DNA of 64,000 bases from Yuukianura sp. NJ FZ-2021 (Eukaryota), in the NCBI GenBank assembly GCA_046563655.1, contig CM102289.1, forward strand, positions 1,612,001 to 1,676,000, in the 5' to 3' direction. Positions 11,476 to 24,282 of this stretch are shown here, one piece after another. A program made the position numbers and the translations under genes. Position 1 is the first letter of the stretch. Each line of letters opens with the position of its first letter. The notes under the pieces were generated by a model, which was given only the letters and a program-made list of their open reading frames with translations, was not told the origin of the DNA and did not search any database.

Positions 11476-14143
11476 ATGGATCGAACTAATTTATGGGTAA
11501 GACTAATGTATACTTGGATGAGTTTTGTGCGCTACGTACCGATAACATACCATTTTGGACATGGACAGCCTGATACTATTGTTCACACTAGAAACAAGCT
11601 AGGTTACAAAGTGTTGGCAGTATTTTCTATTGTTGCTTTTGGGACACTTGTAACATCTTTTTACTATGGAGCCCTTTTCGGTGCTACAACAAAATTTGAA
11701 AAAACAATCGCTGTGGGAATAATCTGTAATTATAATATAATGCTTATGTCACAATGGGTTCTACTTCTCCGTACTACACGACAACGGTGCATCAACGTCA
11801 CAAATATATCTCTCCATGCAAAGTTCCACTTGTCCAAAAACTTACCGCGCTCTTATGAAATGATATGTTTTCTTCTCAGCTCAACAACATTTATTTATCC
11901 TTCTTTCTGCCTGCCATACGTAGGGTCGGTGCACCTAAGTGTGATCGTTTTTTCTGAGTTTCGACTTTGAGCACCAAAATCTCTCAATCTAAACGGATTT
12001 TGACAAACCCAAAGCAGCAGTTCTGAAGTACAACTTGTCCCGAATGAGACAAGTTAATTTTTTACTTTAATCTTGCTGGCTAACTTTGTTTTAACGAATT
12101 TTAAAAAAACTTGAACAGCGGATCACACTTTCCCCCAAAATGGGGCAAGTGTGATTTTTTTGTGGGAAAGTGTGATCTGCTGAAAAGCATTATGTATTCA
12201 AGTTTTTTAATTTTACATTAACACAAAACACTGCAATTCACACGTTTAGGTATTCTGTAGGCTGTTTGATTCACTCGAAATTCCAGTGTAGTATCGGATA
12301 TTCCGCATTTCTCGAACCCTTTTTTGATAATGTTCGGACTTACTGCGCTCCATGTTTTCCTGAAGATATAGGCAAAACCTGACTTCGGTAGTAACGTTCT
12401 ATAGTTATGTCGTGCCCATTCCGCCATTATCATTTCTAGCCTAACCTATCATTTGCACTTAACACCTTAAAAAACTGTAACGTCGAGCGGTTGAAGGATA
12501 CACGAAGTGTGAGGTTGCAATTACAAAATTGCAACATTGACAACTTCCTTCCCAACTCCAAATCCCCATTTGCTCATCGTTTTCAGCACGTCCGAAAGTT
12601 CTTTATCCTTGTCAATTGAAATGCTTGCCAATCTGCCTCCTCCACATACGCTTTCGAGTGCTGACTTCCTGCCTTTCCTACCGTTCGTTTTCAATATGAG
12701 TGCAGTTTTTGGTAGGCCGAATTTGGAACACGGCTTTAGCAATTAGAAGTGCATTTTGTACCGCTTCATGTGTCCAGGCGCCTCCACATCCCCTGTTTGT
12801 CTTTTGTACGTCAATTTCGTACCATTTAGTACAGAATCATTAGTTAGTTTTATCAGTTTTCCCTTCTGGTTTCGGTAATCACACTTCCCCCACTTTTTGA
12901 AAAATCGGGGGGAAAGTGTGATTCCAGTGCTGTTAAACACTGGAGTATCGTACCACTCGAAACTCGACGTACATTGTTACTTAACGCTTTGGAGAAGAGA
13001 ATTGTCGGAACAGCTGATTCCTGACCTCAAGGTTTGACCTTTTAAATTCCAACTCTCTTTGGAAAATGAGAATTAGAAAGTAAAGTTTAGAGTTGGTCCA
13101 CAAATAAAACCCACCTTTCCTTATATGCAAATTAGCTGATAAAATCCCGCGAGCACTAAATCTTGTAGCACATTACCCCCTGAACAACGTGTACTTTTTA
13201 GAATTTTAAAATTCATTACCGCTGTGATGCTATAAGCTGCGATCACAATTGCCCCGCAATCACACTTAGGTGCACTCACCCTATACGCTTCATCATGGGC
13301 ATTACCAGGCCTGTTCACACCAATTCAAAATATACTGGCATTTGCCGCTTCACAACTTAGCATTCCGCAGTCTCCAGCGTACATGTTGCTATTGAACACA
13401 TTCCGATTTATTGCATTTTCTTGTATTGCAACTGCCACATGTCATGGTGTATTCAATGGTGCTACACTGTTTCATTGGATCTTTATATATTTGTTCACAA
13501 TCAAGGAACTGCTGATGGATCTCCGTTTGGCCAGGTAGGTCGAGAAAAATTTGTCCCGCAATTATGGCTTATAAAATAAATTTGAACTATTTTTGTAAGT
13601 TTAAAATAATTTTTTTTATTTTTGTATTGAGTATTTTATATTCTTGTTTATAGTGAAGAACGCCAGCTTGAAGAAGGCAATTGTGTTGGACCTCAAACCT
13701 ATAAGGATACGCTGGACTATTTGAAAGTTAAAGTAACCGGTAAAGCATTTGGGGTATCTTTTGGAGGTATAGTCACTGTATTTGCAATTAATCTTTTGAC
13801 GGCTGTGGTCGCTCTCTCATTTTTTGGAATTCGTGCCAGCGGTGACTACCCTGTTCCGATAGTTTTTGTTTTCCTTATTGCCGATTTCCTTTGTATTGTA
13901 TGTGCAGCGCTTCTCTTGTCTATTGCAACTGATCAGTACATTTTATCTAAAAGTTTAATTGAACTTGCTTGTCACCAAGCACGGAAATCCCGCTCAGAAT
14001 TCAAATCAAAATTCTGGAAGAGCATGACTCCATTACGCATCGTCGTTGGAGGGTTTTCATCGCTGGAGACAAGAGAATTCATTTTATTCGTGTGGGCGGA
14101 AGTAGTTATTTCATCAATTATAAATCTCCTCTTAGCATTTTAG
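11476..14143 (+). pseudogene. GR-like 7TM chemoreceptor, family A copy 4, exon 1 interrupted by a pogo element (coding 11476-11922, 13284-13534, 13654-14143)
   Basis: Removing 11923-13281 plus one TA restores LPYVYASSWALPGLF and an open frame to the conserved donor (GT 13535) and acceptor (AG 13653). Confidence 0.85.
11923..13281 (-). mobile_element. Internally deleted pogo/Tigger-family DNA transposon (1359 bp)
   Basis: 25-bp TIRs gggtcggtgcacctaagtgtgatcg / gggtgagtgcacctaagtgtgattg, TA TSD. Minus-strand transposase relics: HTH-like (SKFGLPKTAL...MSKWGFG), PHTSCILQPLDV and TWSAVSPNIIKKGFEKCGI. Confidence 0.9.
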
Positions 14144-14677
14144 AATAAGAATACACTCAGCAATCATGCAATGTGTGAAAATTAATAATTTACAAGTTAA
14201 GAGCTATAATTAATCCAATTTTGTTGCATTTAAATTCATACCTCCAAACTGTGAATTAAAAATATGTGAGCTTGCTATACTATGTAATATGTGTATCATA
14301 TGTATAACGTGTGAGCGTGAGGTTTTCCTTAAAATAAATTTTGAAATCATTAAGCCCAATTTATGCTCGCTGTTTTTGGGCAACGTTTCCCGGAAAAAAT
14401 TTGTCGTAGAACTTTTAATTTCACATGAAATTATAAGATTCTTTAAAAAAATTTTATTTTATTTTTGTTCTACGACAAACTTTTCCTGGAAAACGTTGCC
14501 TGGGACAAGCGACCATAAATTGGGCTTGAAAAGCATTTATTATGCAAAAACTCGTTTTCAGTGGAATTGAAAATATTTGCAATTGTATCAGATGAAAATT
14601 AAATTATTCAAGTACAGTTCAAAATTAAATTTTTGAGGCATTTAGTCAAAAGATAGTTGAAGTCGTGCAAATTTTTT

Positions 14678-15992
14678 TCAGTGATCAACTCGCTTGAGGT
14701 AAATCCGAATTTCCTGAGTTGGCAGCCTTGCTCGTACGCATTCCTCTGAGAATTGATGCAGTCGTAATTGACTTCTCAAATCAAATGACGCATGTCTGGA
14801 AATACACAGTCTACATTCGAGTGGTTTGTTGCCAATGGTTGGAATATGTAGTCTGCGTACATGTCTATTCAATTCACTGGAACCTACAAACCGCATTCCA
14901 CAGAGTGGGCACTTGTGTAACTTGTGCTTAAGGTGGAGTCGTTTATGCTGGACAAGTTTATGTTGAGTACTTAGTGTTTTGTGGCAAATGTGGCACTGGA
15001 ACGTTGTTCCCACTCCGTGTGTGTTCAAATGTGCGTTGAGTTTCGTATTTGTGTCAGCTACGTAAGGACAGTACGTGCACTCATTTGGTTTTTCTCCCAG
15101 ATGACGTCTCATGTGTGCTTCCAAATTCTGTAAGAACCGAATAAATTATACTACAGCATATCAAAGATAGGTATTAAGCGACAACTTGTGCTCTTACTCT
15201 TCCTTCGTAAGTTTGGTAGTCGCAAAACAGGCACTGGAGCTTGTCGTTCACATGTTTTTTCATATGATGACCAAGTGCTGATTTAGTTGCGACATATTCG
15301 TGACATTTGTCGCACTGAAAGGCTTTTTCCCGTGTGTGGACAACCATATGCATCTCCAGCTCATGAGGACCAGCCGCAGCATATCGACAGAGTTTACACA
15401 TGTACTTGCTTTTTCCAGTATGAGTGATGCGGTGGCGCTTGAGATGGCTTTTGTTGTTAAATTTCATTGTACAGTCACTACAGCTAAACAGTTCCTTGGT
15501 ATGTTCACGACGGTGGGCTGACAGGCCATTCCAATGTGCAAACGTTTTTGAACAATCCAGGCAGGCATAAGGCTTTTCGCCTGTGTGTATACGTATGTGA
15601 CCTGTTAGATTACTCTGGAAGTGAAACTTTTTGGAACAGACTGTACATTCATAAGGTTTAACATTCGTATGAAGGCGCATGTGCACTGAAAGGGCCTTTT
15701 TAGTGACGCTTTTTCCACATTCTGTACATGTTGTGTTTAAATTCATGTGAGTTCGGTTATGGTTCCAGAGCGACACTTTGCTTCTAAATTTTTTCGGACA
15801 CTGAAGACACGGAAGCTGGAGATCAGTCGTACTGTGACATTCCATATGCAACTTAAGCCCATTCTGCCTTTTAAAACTTTTGGAACACACTGTACATGCA
15901 AATGGCCTTTCCGACGAATGGATAACCATGTGACTCTGTAAGCTTTGGGTTCTGATAAACTGTTTTCCGCACTCAGGACACTCTAGTAACAT
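14678..15992 (-). CDS. C2H2 zinc-finger protein, ~13 fingers (exons 15992-15198, 15127-14678)
   Basis: Repeated CxxC...HxxxH with TGEKPY-type linkers. A phase-0 intron splits finger 10. No KRAB or ZAD domain seen. Confidence 0.9.
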
Positions 15993-16996
15993 TGTTCTAC
16001 AAAGTGAAAGTTTGTTTCAATTTGAACTATTTGTTCACAATTTCAGTTTTTACTAAGCTTCCAATGCTTATGAATTTTATATCGAAATTTTTTGAATTTA
16101 CATGAGTACTGCTTGCGGATTGTCAGTGCTTTTGTTCAACTTAGACTTCTAGTTAGGGCTTACAAACTCTGACTTTTCCTTGAAATGTAAAACTCAACCC
16201 AAATTTAAAACAAAAGAAAAGCCGTCCTTCTAAATTTTCAAAATTGTTGAAAAAACAGTACCCTCTATGACATCAAGGCCACTTCGGCAATAAGTGCATA
16301 TCCATTGAATGTCATGAAGCTATATGTGTATCAAAAAAACAACAACACAATTTTCAAAAACCACCCATTCTTCCTTATATTTTCTTCAGAGTTCAGAAAA
16401 CAGAAGTTCGTTCATACAAGTAAAACCGATCATGTTTTTGTGTTTTAATTGTTACCATTCCAGGAAAATACATCTTGGATAAACTCGGAAAAATTCCACA
16501 TGGCAATCTCGGCACTATAGAAGTAGCAGATTTCATTTTGAAAAAAAAATTCAGTTTGCTAAACTTTTTTTGTGGAGATTAAAAGTCTCAGTCTGTAATA
16601 CATCTTGTGTGTCCAGTGCCAGTTAAACCACTTCCACTTGACCAAGTAAATTTTCATGAAGAGTCTTTCACTTTACTAACAATTGTAATAGCTGATTCTG
16701 AAGTGTGAGCATCCCAATCACAATCTGCTTCTTTGTGCAGCAAATTTCGAGTTTAGTGTTTGACAATTGCAACTTGTGACGACTGTACTCAAAGTTCATT
16801 TACTTCCAAGGTCAAAGTCATATCAATCACGGAATCAAGTACTTTCAGTTGATCATACGCTCTCTTCATAGTAAGTAATAAGTCGTAGCTTATTCCTCAA
16901 TTTCAACAAGAACCAAAAAGTGAAACCTTACGAAAATTTTTACAGACTTGTTTCAAAAGTTCACAGTTTTCAAGAAAATACAAAAGAAGAGGTGAA

Positions 16997-18156
16997 ATGG
17001 ACGGTGACCTTCGTATTCCACGTGAAGCTCAAGAGGTCACTGCTGATTGGTTGACTTCAATTCTAAGCTACACTGTTGACCCCGCATCAGTCCGAATTCA
17101 GCACAATGCGCATGAGGGGAAAGGATTCTTGAGCAATCTTCTGCGTGTGACATGCGCAGAACGGAATTCCACCAAAGAAAGTCATTTGATCATCAAACTT
17201 CTGCCACAAGACGACTCCATTCGACAAGTTGTCGTTGGACAGGGATTAGACAAGGCAGAAATTCTGACTTACAAACAAGTCTTGCCAGTGTTGATTTCCG
17301 AAGTTCCAGAATTGGCCAACTACATTTGTCCAATTATTTTTGGAAAATTTCAAGAAACTGAAAACCAGTACAGATCAGTCCTGGTCCTTCAAGATCTAAA
17401 ACCGCTGCATTATTTTACGCTTGACTTCGGAGAAGTCGTCACTGCTGGACAATTGTCTGACGGAATTGACTTTTTAGCTAAACTTCATCTAGCGGGTGCT
17501 CTGACAGAAGAAAAAGCGGGAAAAAGTTGAACCAACTTTTTGAATTTTTGCAGAACGACATTTTCAGTGTATCTGAAACCTTCAAGCCATGGATGGTGGA
17601 AAATTATCCAGAAGTTGTCAAAATGTTATCCGATTCGGATTTAAGCCCAGAAGTCAAAGAAGCCTATGCTGATCTTGGTGACACTTTGAATTCAGTTATG
17701 GAGCACGTTGTTCAAAATTTAGCGCTTTTTCCAAGTCTGACCCACACTGACCTCTGGACCAACAACATTCTCTACAACACCGACTCCGAGAAGCACACTA
17801 AAGTCATTGACTGGCAAGGACTGTCGTACAGAGATGTCAACATGGATTTGGGCATTTTTGTCACTTCGAGTCTTCCTGCTGAAAAACTAACTGTTGAAGG
17901 AGTCAAAACCCTAGTAAAAGAATACTACGATTTGTACACTAAATTGTGTAATGACCGGAAAGTTCCGAACTTGGTTTGTCGTGATTGGTCGGAATTTTAC
18001 GACTTTTTCAAAACGTATGGACTCGCTTTTGCTCTCATTTGGTTCGTTTTATCTCAAACGGCTTTTCGCGGGAAAAACGACGAAAGGCTAATTCGAACTT
18101 ACGAGTATTTCTATGACGTAGGTGTTGTATCGTTTGTAAAAAGTATTAAAATATAA
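16997..18156 (+). CDS. Ecdysteroid kinase-like (EcKL/choline kinase-like) protein with a frame break at ~17521-17527
   Basis: GKGFLSNLLRV, LIIKL, LVLQDL, LAKLH in ORF1; Brenner motif LTHTDLWTNNILY and IDWQ in ORF2. The two ORFs are offset by -1 at gggaaaaagttga. Confidence 0.85.
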
Positions 18157-18220
18157 TTATAATATAATTATGTTTAGTATTAAATAATTTCGAAAAATTG
18201 ATGTAAAAAAAGTTTGTATA

Positions 18221-19340
18221 CCGTAAATGCTCTAATGCAAGCGCGTATTCTAATATAAGCGCATACTCTAATGCAAGCGCGGTTTCAGCGGGGGCAAACT
18301 GCGATATAAGCGCGGTAGCTAACTTGAGTTTAAAGCAGAGCCTAGAACAAAGTGACATCATCTGTTTAACTTCGATGTTGCTACTTTGACTCAAATCAAA
18401 ATGTAGCACTTAAATACAAGTTTTAAAAATGGTGTAACTAAAATACGATCGTTTGATCTCAGTTTTAAGTTAAAAGTGGTTCTGTACGCTTCTACTAATA
18501 CCACGGATGGTAACGCAGCTCACTTCGGAATACACCGAAAACAAGTCTTCAGTTGGCTGAAGCAAAAGGATAAAATCGGTAAAAATTTAACTAATTTTAG
18601 TTTTCGACTCGAGAAAACAACTGTCTAAAGAAGCAGACAAAATGGTTTACGATTGGATTTTAAATCAGCGCACCAACCAGCAAAGTGTCTCCTTCAAATC
18701 TATTCGTGTGAAAGTTAGGGAAGTCTACTCTGCAGTGCTTCAAACAAACGAATTTCAGGCCAGCAGTGGTTGGCTACAAAAATTTATGAAGCGCCATGAC
18801 CTCAGTTTGAGAAAGAAAGCGTCGTTGGCTCAAAAAGATCCAAATTCGTTATTTGAGAAGCTTGTTGAGTTCGTCATGTACACTTCCAACCTCGCTGTTA
18901 CGAATAAAAGGACATGTCCGGATAAGCTTAAGAAAGAGATGGGAGCTGGGCCCAATGGGAGTTTTGCATGGTGTGGGATAGGAGAAGTTACATGGTGATT
19001 TGCTCCCATTCATTTCTCTCATCTCAACTCCTATCTCACGCAATGCAAGGCTTCGCGAGGGCCCAGAAATCTCTTATCCGGACATGTCCTTTCCAACCCA
19101 AATATTATTGCCATGACTGGAATATTTTTTGACATGCCAAGTATTACTACAGTGGGCACATTTGGAGGAGGCTTGAAGAAAGCAACAGTGACACCAGCGA
19201 CGAATGAGATCGCTATTAATTGAATTTTGGCTCACTTAAAACTTATTAATTATTGCGGTAATAAATAGTGTTCTAATAGAGGCGCGTCCGAAATGCCGAA
19301 AATTCTTATAAGCGGCGCGCTTATATTAGAGCATTTACGG
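18221..19340 (+). mobile_element. Non-autonomous pogo element (Brinker-like DBD and CENP-B HTH relics; DDE deleted)
   Basis: 25-bp TIRs ccgtaaatgctctaat(gc/at)aagcgcg, TA TSD (18219-20, 19341-42), three 18-bp subterminal repeats. Relics RSFDLSFKLKVV..HFGIHRKQVFSW and FQASSGWLQKFMKRHDLSLRK. Confidence 0.9.
18910..19089. mobile_element. 180-bp Spy-like MITE nested in the pogo element (AAA|TTT target, no TSD)
   Basis: Perfect 17-bp TIR ggacatgtccggataag, flanked by aaa and ttt. Precise removal restores the transposase frame VTNKISNPNIIAM. Confidence 0.8.
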
Positions 19341-19559
19341 TAAGCATAATAAAGTTTGACTTTAAAATTTTCCCCACCGAATTTCACAAATTCAGCTAAA
19401 CTCAGTTTGGCATCACAATAAATCTTCGAGAAATTTATTGCTATTTTAGTTCTTTTTTTGAAAAAGAAGTTTCCGTGTTTGATGAAAAACGTTTTTTTAA
19501 CATTATAAATTTTGACATCACTAAAAGTGTTTTTGGTATTACAAAAACGTTTTTGTTTT

Positions 19560-20953
19560 TCAAATTTTTGTGGTTCTCTCTGTAGATGTTGGGTTAGAAC
19601 CTTTACAAATTTTTTGGCGGCAAATATGTGCCGGAATCGTTCTGTTACGTAATTGCGGAGCTCCATTTCTGGCATAACATCCACAACGACATCCATGACC
19701 TTGTCGAGATTCAATTGCTGACCTCTGTAAACCGGATCTCAGCGGAATTGGTTTGGGCTGGAACTTTTTAAACAGTCTGTACTCAATTTCAGCACGAGCA
19801 GCTTTTTTATCAAACGTTTCCGGATCCAGTTTTTCTCTTAAAGCTTCGCGTAAATCTGCTCCATGCTGAGCTCTAAGCCGGGAAATGTGCATTTGTTTTT
19901 CCTTTTGTTGTTTTAAACGTTCACTTCGGAAGTCTTTTGATTCAATTGCATTGCGCATCAATTCCATTCGTTGATCCTGCAATTCCTTCACTCGTCTTTG
20001 AATTTCTAGGCTTCTTTCTTCCCTTAGAATTCTGTTCGTAGCGACTCGCGTACGACGTCGATTGACTTCTGTGCAGTGATTCAAATTCGCTCGTTGTTGA
20101 GCTTCCATGTGAAGCTGAAATACTTTTTTGTTCCAGTTTTCAAGGTCACGTAACAATTCTTTGTGGTTAAGCTGAGTTTTTTCTAGTGCGAAATTCCTGT
20201 TTCCCGCTCCTTGTGAAATTAGAGCATCGCGTTTGCGTATATTTGTCAAGTAGTTGGCAGTTGCACGATGCTCTTTTTGTTCTAGTTGATTGCGTAAGGC
20301 TTCCGAACATTCCCGAGCTTGCTGCTCCAAGCGTTCGTGTTTCAACTGTCGGTTAATTTCTTCTAGCCGATTCATTTCAGCAATGTGCTAAAAAGTGGGA
20401 AAAAAGCTGGTTGAAGGCTCAAAAGTTTTACTTCCAACTGATTCAAAATTTTGAAAAAAATTTGTCATTTCACCCTCAAATTTTCCATTTCTTTCCGTTT
20501 TCGACGCATCTCGGATTCGCACATCCTGCGTTCCAATCGATCCGCTAAATCGTAGCGTTTTTGTCTATCGGCTTCAAGAATTTGCTCAACGGTTTTGCCA
20601 ACTTCGAGTTGACGCAGAGCTTCGTTTTTATGTCTCTCGATCAACTGCTTTTGCTACAAAAAAGCAGATACTGTTAAGCTAGTGTAATCCAAATTTCCAC
20701 TTTTTTCAAAATGATTAATGGAAATCGAATTTCGGAACTCACTTTTTGATATTCAAAATGATCTAGGTATTGTTGCACTTTCAAGTCCCGCATTTCCAAA
20801 TATTTTAGTAAATTGGCATGTCTCTCTTTTGCTTTTTCTTCCAATCGCTTATATCGATTTTCGTTTTCAATGTTTGCCAATCGCCTCTTTTCAGCTAAAT
20901 GTTCTGCCCAACTTTGACTCTGCGATTGTTTTTTCTGAAACGTTTCAAAAAAA

Positions 20954-20989
<36 letters not shown>

Positions 20990-22045
20990 ATTTTCATAAA
21001 ATTTTTTCCAATATGTATCTGAACGTACCAGGATTTCGGCTTGTTTTGTATCTTCAATGACTTTTCGCAGTTCTTGTGATTTTTTAAGCCATTCCTCTTC
21101 TTTTCCTTTTCGTAAAACCAAGCGTTCCAAAATTCGTTGATCATCTGAAAACAAGTCGTTTTTGGATTTTATGAGGTCGCTGTACCTGTTAAAAGGAAAG
21201 TAAAAATTTCGAAATTTTGGTAGTTTTTTTTTAATTTGTTTGAAAATGACCTCTGCATGTAGTCGTTGTAAATTTCGTCATCATCTAGGTGAACTTGACA
21301 TGAGCAGAGATGGCGAGGACTGCTTATTAACTTTTTAAAATCCAAATTTGAATTGGATTTAAATTTTTTATGAATTGGCTTGACTTGGGTATTGTGTTTT
21401 TGTTGACTTTTCGGTCGTTTTTGTTCTTCTTCTGCACTTCGCCAGTAATAGTCTTCGTGTGATTCTGTATCTGATCCATAGTTGACTTCACTGTCACTTC
21501 CTCCGAAATCCTGGACACGCCGATGACCTTCGTTTTGAACCATTGCAGTCGTTGCTCTCATTTTTCTTCCGGACGCCTCCGAAATCATCCGATTTCTCAA
21601 TTCACGACATCGCAACAGTTTCTCTTTAAAAAAAATAATTTTCATGCTTCACTTTTCATGCTTCACAATTAGGCAAAAAATTACCAAAAGTCATGAATAG
21701 CAATAAAAAAAAAACGCCAACATTTTTACCATGCCTTTCCTCTTCTTCAAAAAGAAAAATTTGCAAAATTTGGGAAAACGGCAAATCCTTGAGCCCTTTT
21801 TCGTATTCTTTCAAACTGCGATAAACCAACTCCACTGGCTGCAATGTAATAAAAAAAATTAAGTACAGTAAATTTTCAATTTTTTTTTGAATTTTTTTCT
21901 TGTACTTTTGTTTTCAGTGCTTTAACAATACCTGAATGGAGAGTGTTGCACAGGCTTCGAGTGATCTGGGACTGTTGAGGACTTCTGGCGTACTTTTGAC
22001 GAGCAAGTCACATTCGAAATTGTCCAAGTTCAAAAGAAGAGTCAT
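19560..22045 (-). CDS. CCDC177: Coiled-coil domain-containing protein 177-like (multi-exon)
   Basis: N-terminus LNLDNFECDL...VLNSPRSLEACATLSIQ/PVELVYRSL..EEEERHEKLLRCRELR. Exons 22045-21932, 21838-21730, 21623-21251, 21185-..., then long R/E/Q/K coiled coil ending ETFDKKAARAEIE. Confidence 0.8.
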
Positions 22046-23217
22046 TTGTATTTCCTTTCCTACGTTGCAGTAGTTTTGTTTTCACCAGACCTTGGTACTT
22101 CTGAATGACTTTATCGAATTTCGATATAACTCGTGCTACAAACAAACTCCGATTCTTTCTGGTGTCGATTTCTTGTTTTTTATTTTGATTTCATCTATGA
22201 AATAAGAAATGACTGAAGTAAACAAACCTCAAAAGAACAAAAGAGTTTTTATTTCAAAAAAAAATGATGAGGAAGTTTGCACATTGATTTTAAGCTGTTT
22301 TGCTCTCAAGTGTGCTTTTTTTGTTGACACAATTCATTGCCTGGTGATGATACGATGGAAGGGGAGAATTTTCTTCTGACTTTTTTATCTGAATCTTGCA
22401 TAGTAGTTAGGTTACTGTTAGATATGGTTAGGGTTATACTGAAGTTATGTTAAATACTATGCAAAATGACCTCTAACTTTTTACAGAAAAATGGACCAAG
22501 ACGTTTGTAACTTATAGAATTGTAATGTCGTGTCGACATGCCACGACTTTTCTTCAAGGAATTTGAAAAGTTAGTAAGACGACTTTAAAAATCCAACTTC
22601 AAAACAAAGTCAAAAGGTAGCTAATTTTAAAATTGTTTGATGAGAAAAACGGCGTTACGCTAAAACCGAACGACTTTTTTTCAGGGTCTTCCGGTTACAA
22701 ACTTTTCATTACTTAAACATTCGTACTCATTTCTTTCAACACAAACTTTCAACTCAAAATACTAAAATTTTCTTTCCTTAAAAAGGTTTTAAAGTTGGTT
22801 GATTTTCTCGTTCTAAGAAAGGGACGGAAAACTATTTTCGTATACTGAAACCAATGTCCAAGTTTCCTTTTAATAAAATTCGAACAGAAACATGAGCAAA
22901 ATTTATCACTAATATAGTATACCTCTTACAGTGCTGAAAAGCTGAACTTTTTTTACAACAATAAAACTTTTTCGGGTTTGAAACATTCACGAAAAATCTG
23001 AAAACTGCAAAGGGAGCTTGTGAGATTTTAGGAGATAGCTCCAAATTCACTTTTTCGGAAGAACACTAACTGCAAACGACTCAATTCTTACGGTATTTTT
23101 TCTTATTTTCTTCTTTTTCTTAATTTAAGAATACAACATTGAGTTGAAAAAACCTTAAATTAAAAAAAAAGTAAAGTCGGATTATAATTATCATTTGGAT
23201 TTTTTAGAGAAACTATA

Positions 23218-24282
23218 ATGCCACCTAAATGTCAACAAGTTAGAGGTCATACGGAGGCAAAAACGGATGTCGTCGAATGCGACCAATGCGGGAAAAGCGT
23301 CAAGAAGCGAAATCTAACTGAACATGTAAAGATTCATTCCAACATTCGACCATTTGAATGTACAACGTGTTCCAAAACGTTTACCCGAAAAGGTAGTCTA
23401 ACTCTGCACATGCGCATACACAGCGGTGAAAAGCCTTTCGTCTGCTCCAAATGCGGAAAGGCTTTCACGCAGAAGCAGCATCTATTAAATCACAATCGTC
23501 AACACTCTCAAGAATTGTTTCAATGCAGCCACTGTCCAAAGGGCTTCACAACGAGGAGAGGTTTGAAAGCTCACTTCGTAGCACACACTGGAGTCAGTGA
23601 CTTTATGTGCAATTTCTGTCAATATGCTGCCGGAAGTTCTTCGACACTTAGCCAACATTTGGTGACACATACGAAGGAGAGAGCTTTCCAGTGCGACAAA
23701 TGCCCAAAGCGTTATGGAACTAAATCAGCCCTTACTTTTCACAGAAAAATACATCTAAGTCAAAATAAGCTTGAGTGTGCATTCTGTGACTACCAAACTC
23801 ACATCGGACATGTAATGTATTTTTTTTTAATTTTAAATAATATCTAAAAATAATTATTTACTTGCGAAATTAATTATTTCTAGGATATGGAATTGCACAT
23901 TAGGCGACATGTTGGTGAGAAGGCGTTTCAATGCCAGCACTGCCCTTATGCAACTATAACCAGCGGCCATTTAAATCGTCACTTGAAAAAACACGAAGTT
24001 GGAAGAATGATGTTTAACTGCGACATTTGTCGCAAACGATTGACTTCTAAGCGATCACTTGAGTACCACAAACGACTCCACAGTGGACACATGGAGCAAT
24101 GTAAATTCTGCCAAAAGAGTTATACAAGTGTGTATGAGCTGAATAGGCATGTGAAGCACCATACCACCGGAACAGCAACTACAAAAAACGCATTGAAATA
24201 CATAGACGCAACAGCTACGCTAGGAAACCGTCAAAGGACAACCCAGGAACTTCGAATTTGCTTGACTCGAATTGATGAGTAA
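23218..24282 (+). CDS. C2H2 zinc-finger protein, ~10 fingers (exons 23218-23811, 23884-24282)
   Basis: Tandem C2H2 motifs; intron at the same intra-finger position as the 14678-15992 gene. Confidence 0.9.

Noticed and set aside
11920..13270. Pogo insertion removed as an intron (GTAGGG at 11920 with AG at 13269 or 13236)
   Set aside because: Both nearby acceptors give out-of-frame joins (14 and 47 nt before the resumed codon).
18146..18409. ORF with ALEYALILEYALALEH repeats
   Set aside because: Translation of the 18-bp subterminal repeats of the pogo TIR, not a gene.
19250..19714. 154-aa minus-strand ORF
   Set aside because: Alternate frame of the CCDC177 end running through AT-rich UTR into the pogo TIR; no domain signal.
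20674..21144. ORF with a poly-Lys tract
   Set aside because: The poly-K comes from an intronic homopolymer (T-run at ~20959-20985); only part of the ORF is a CCDC177 exon.
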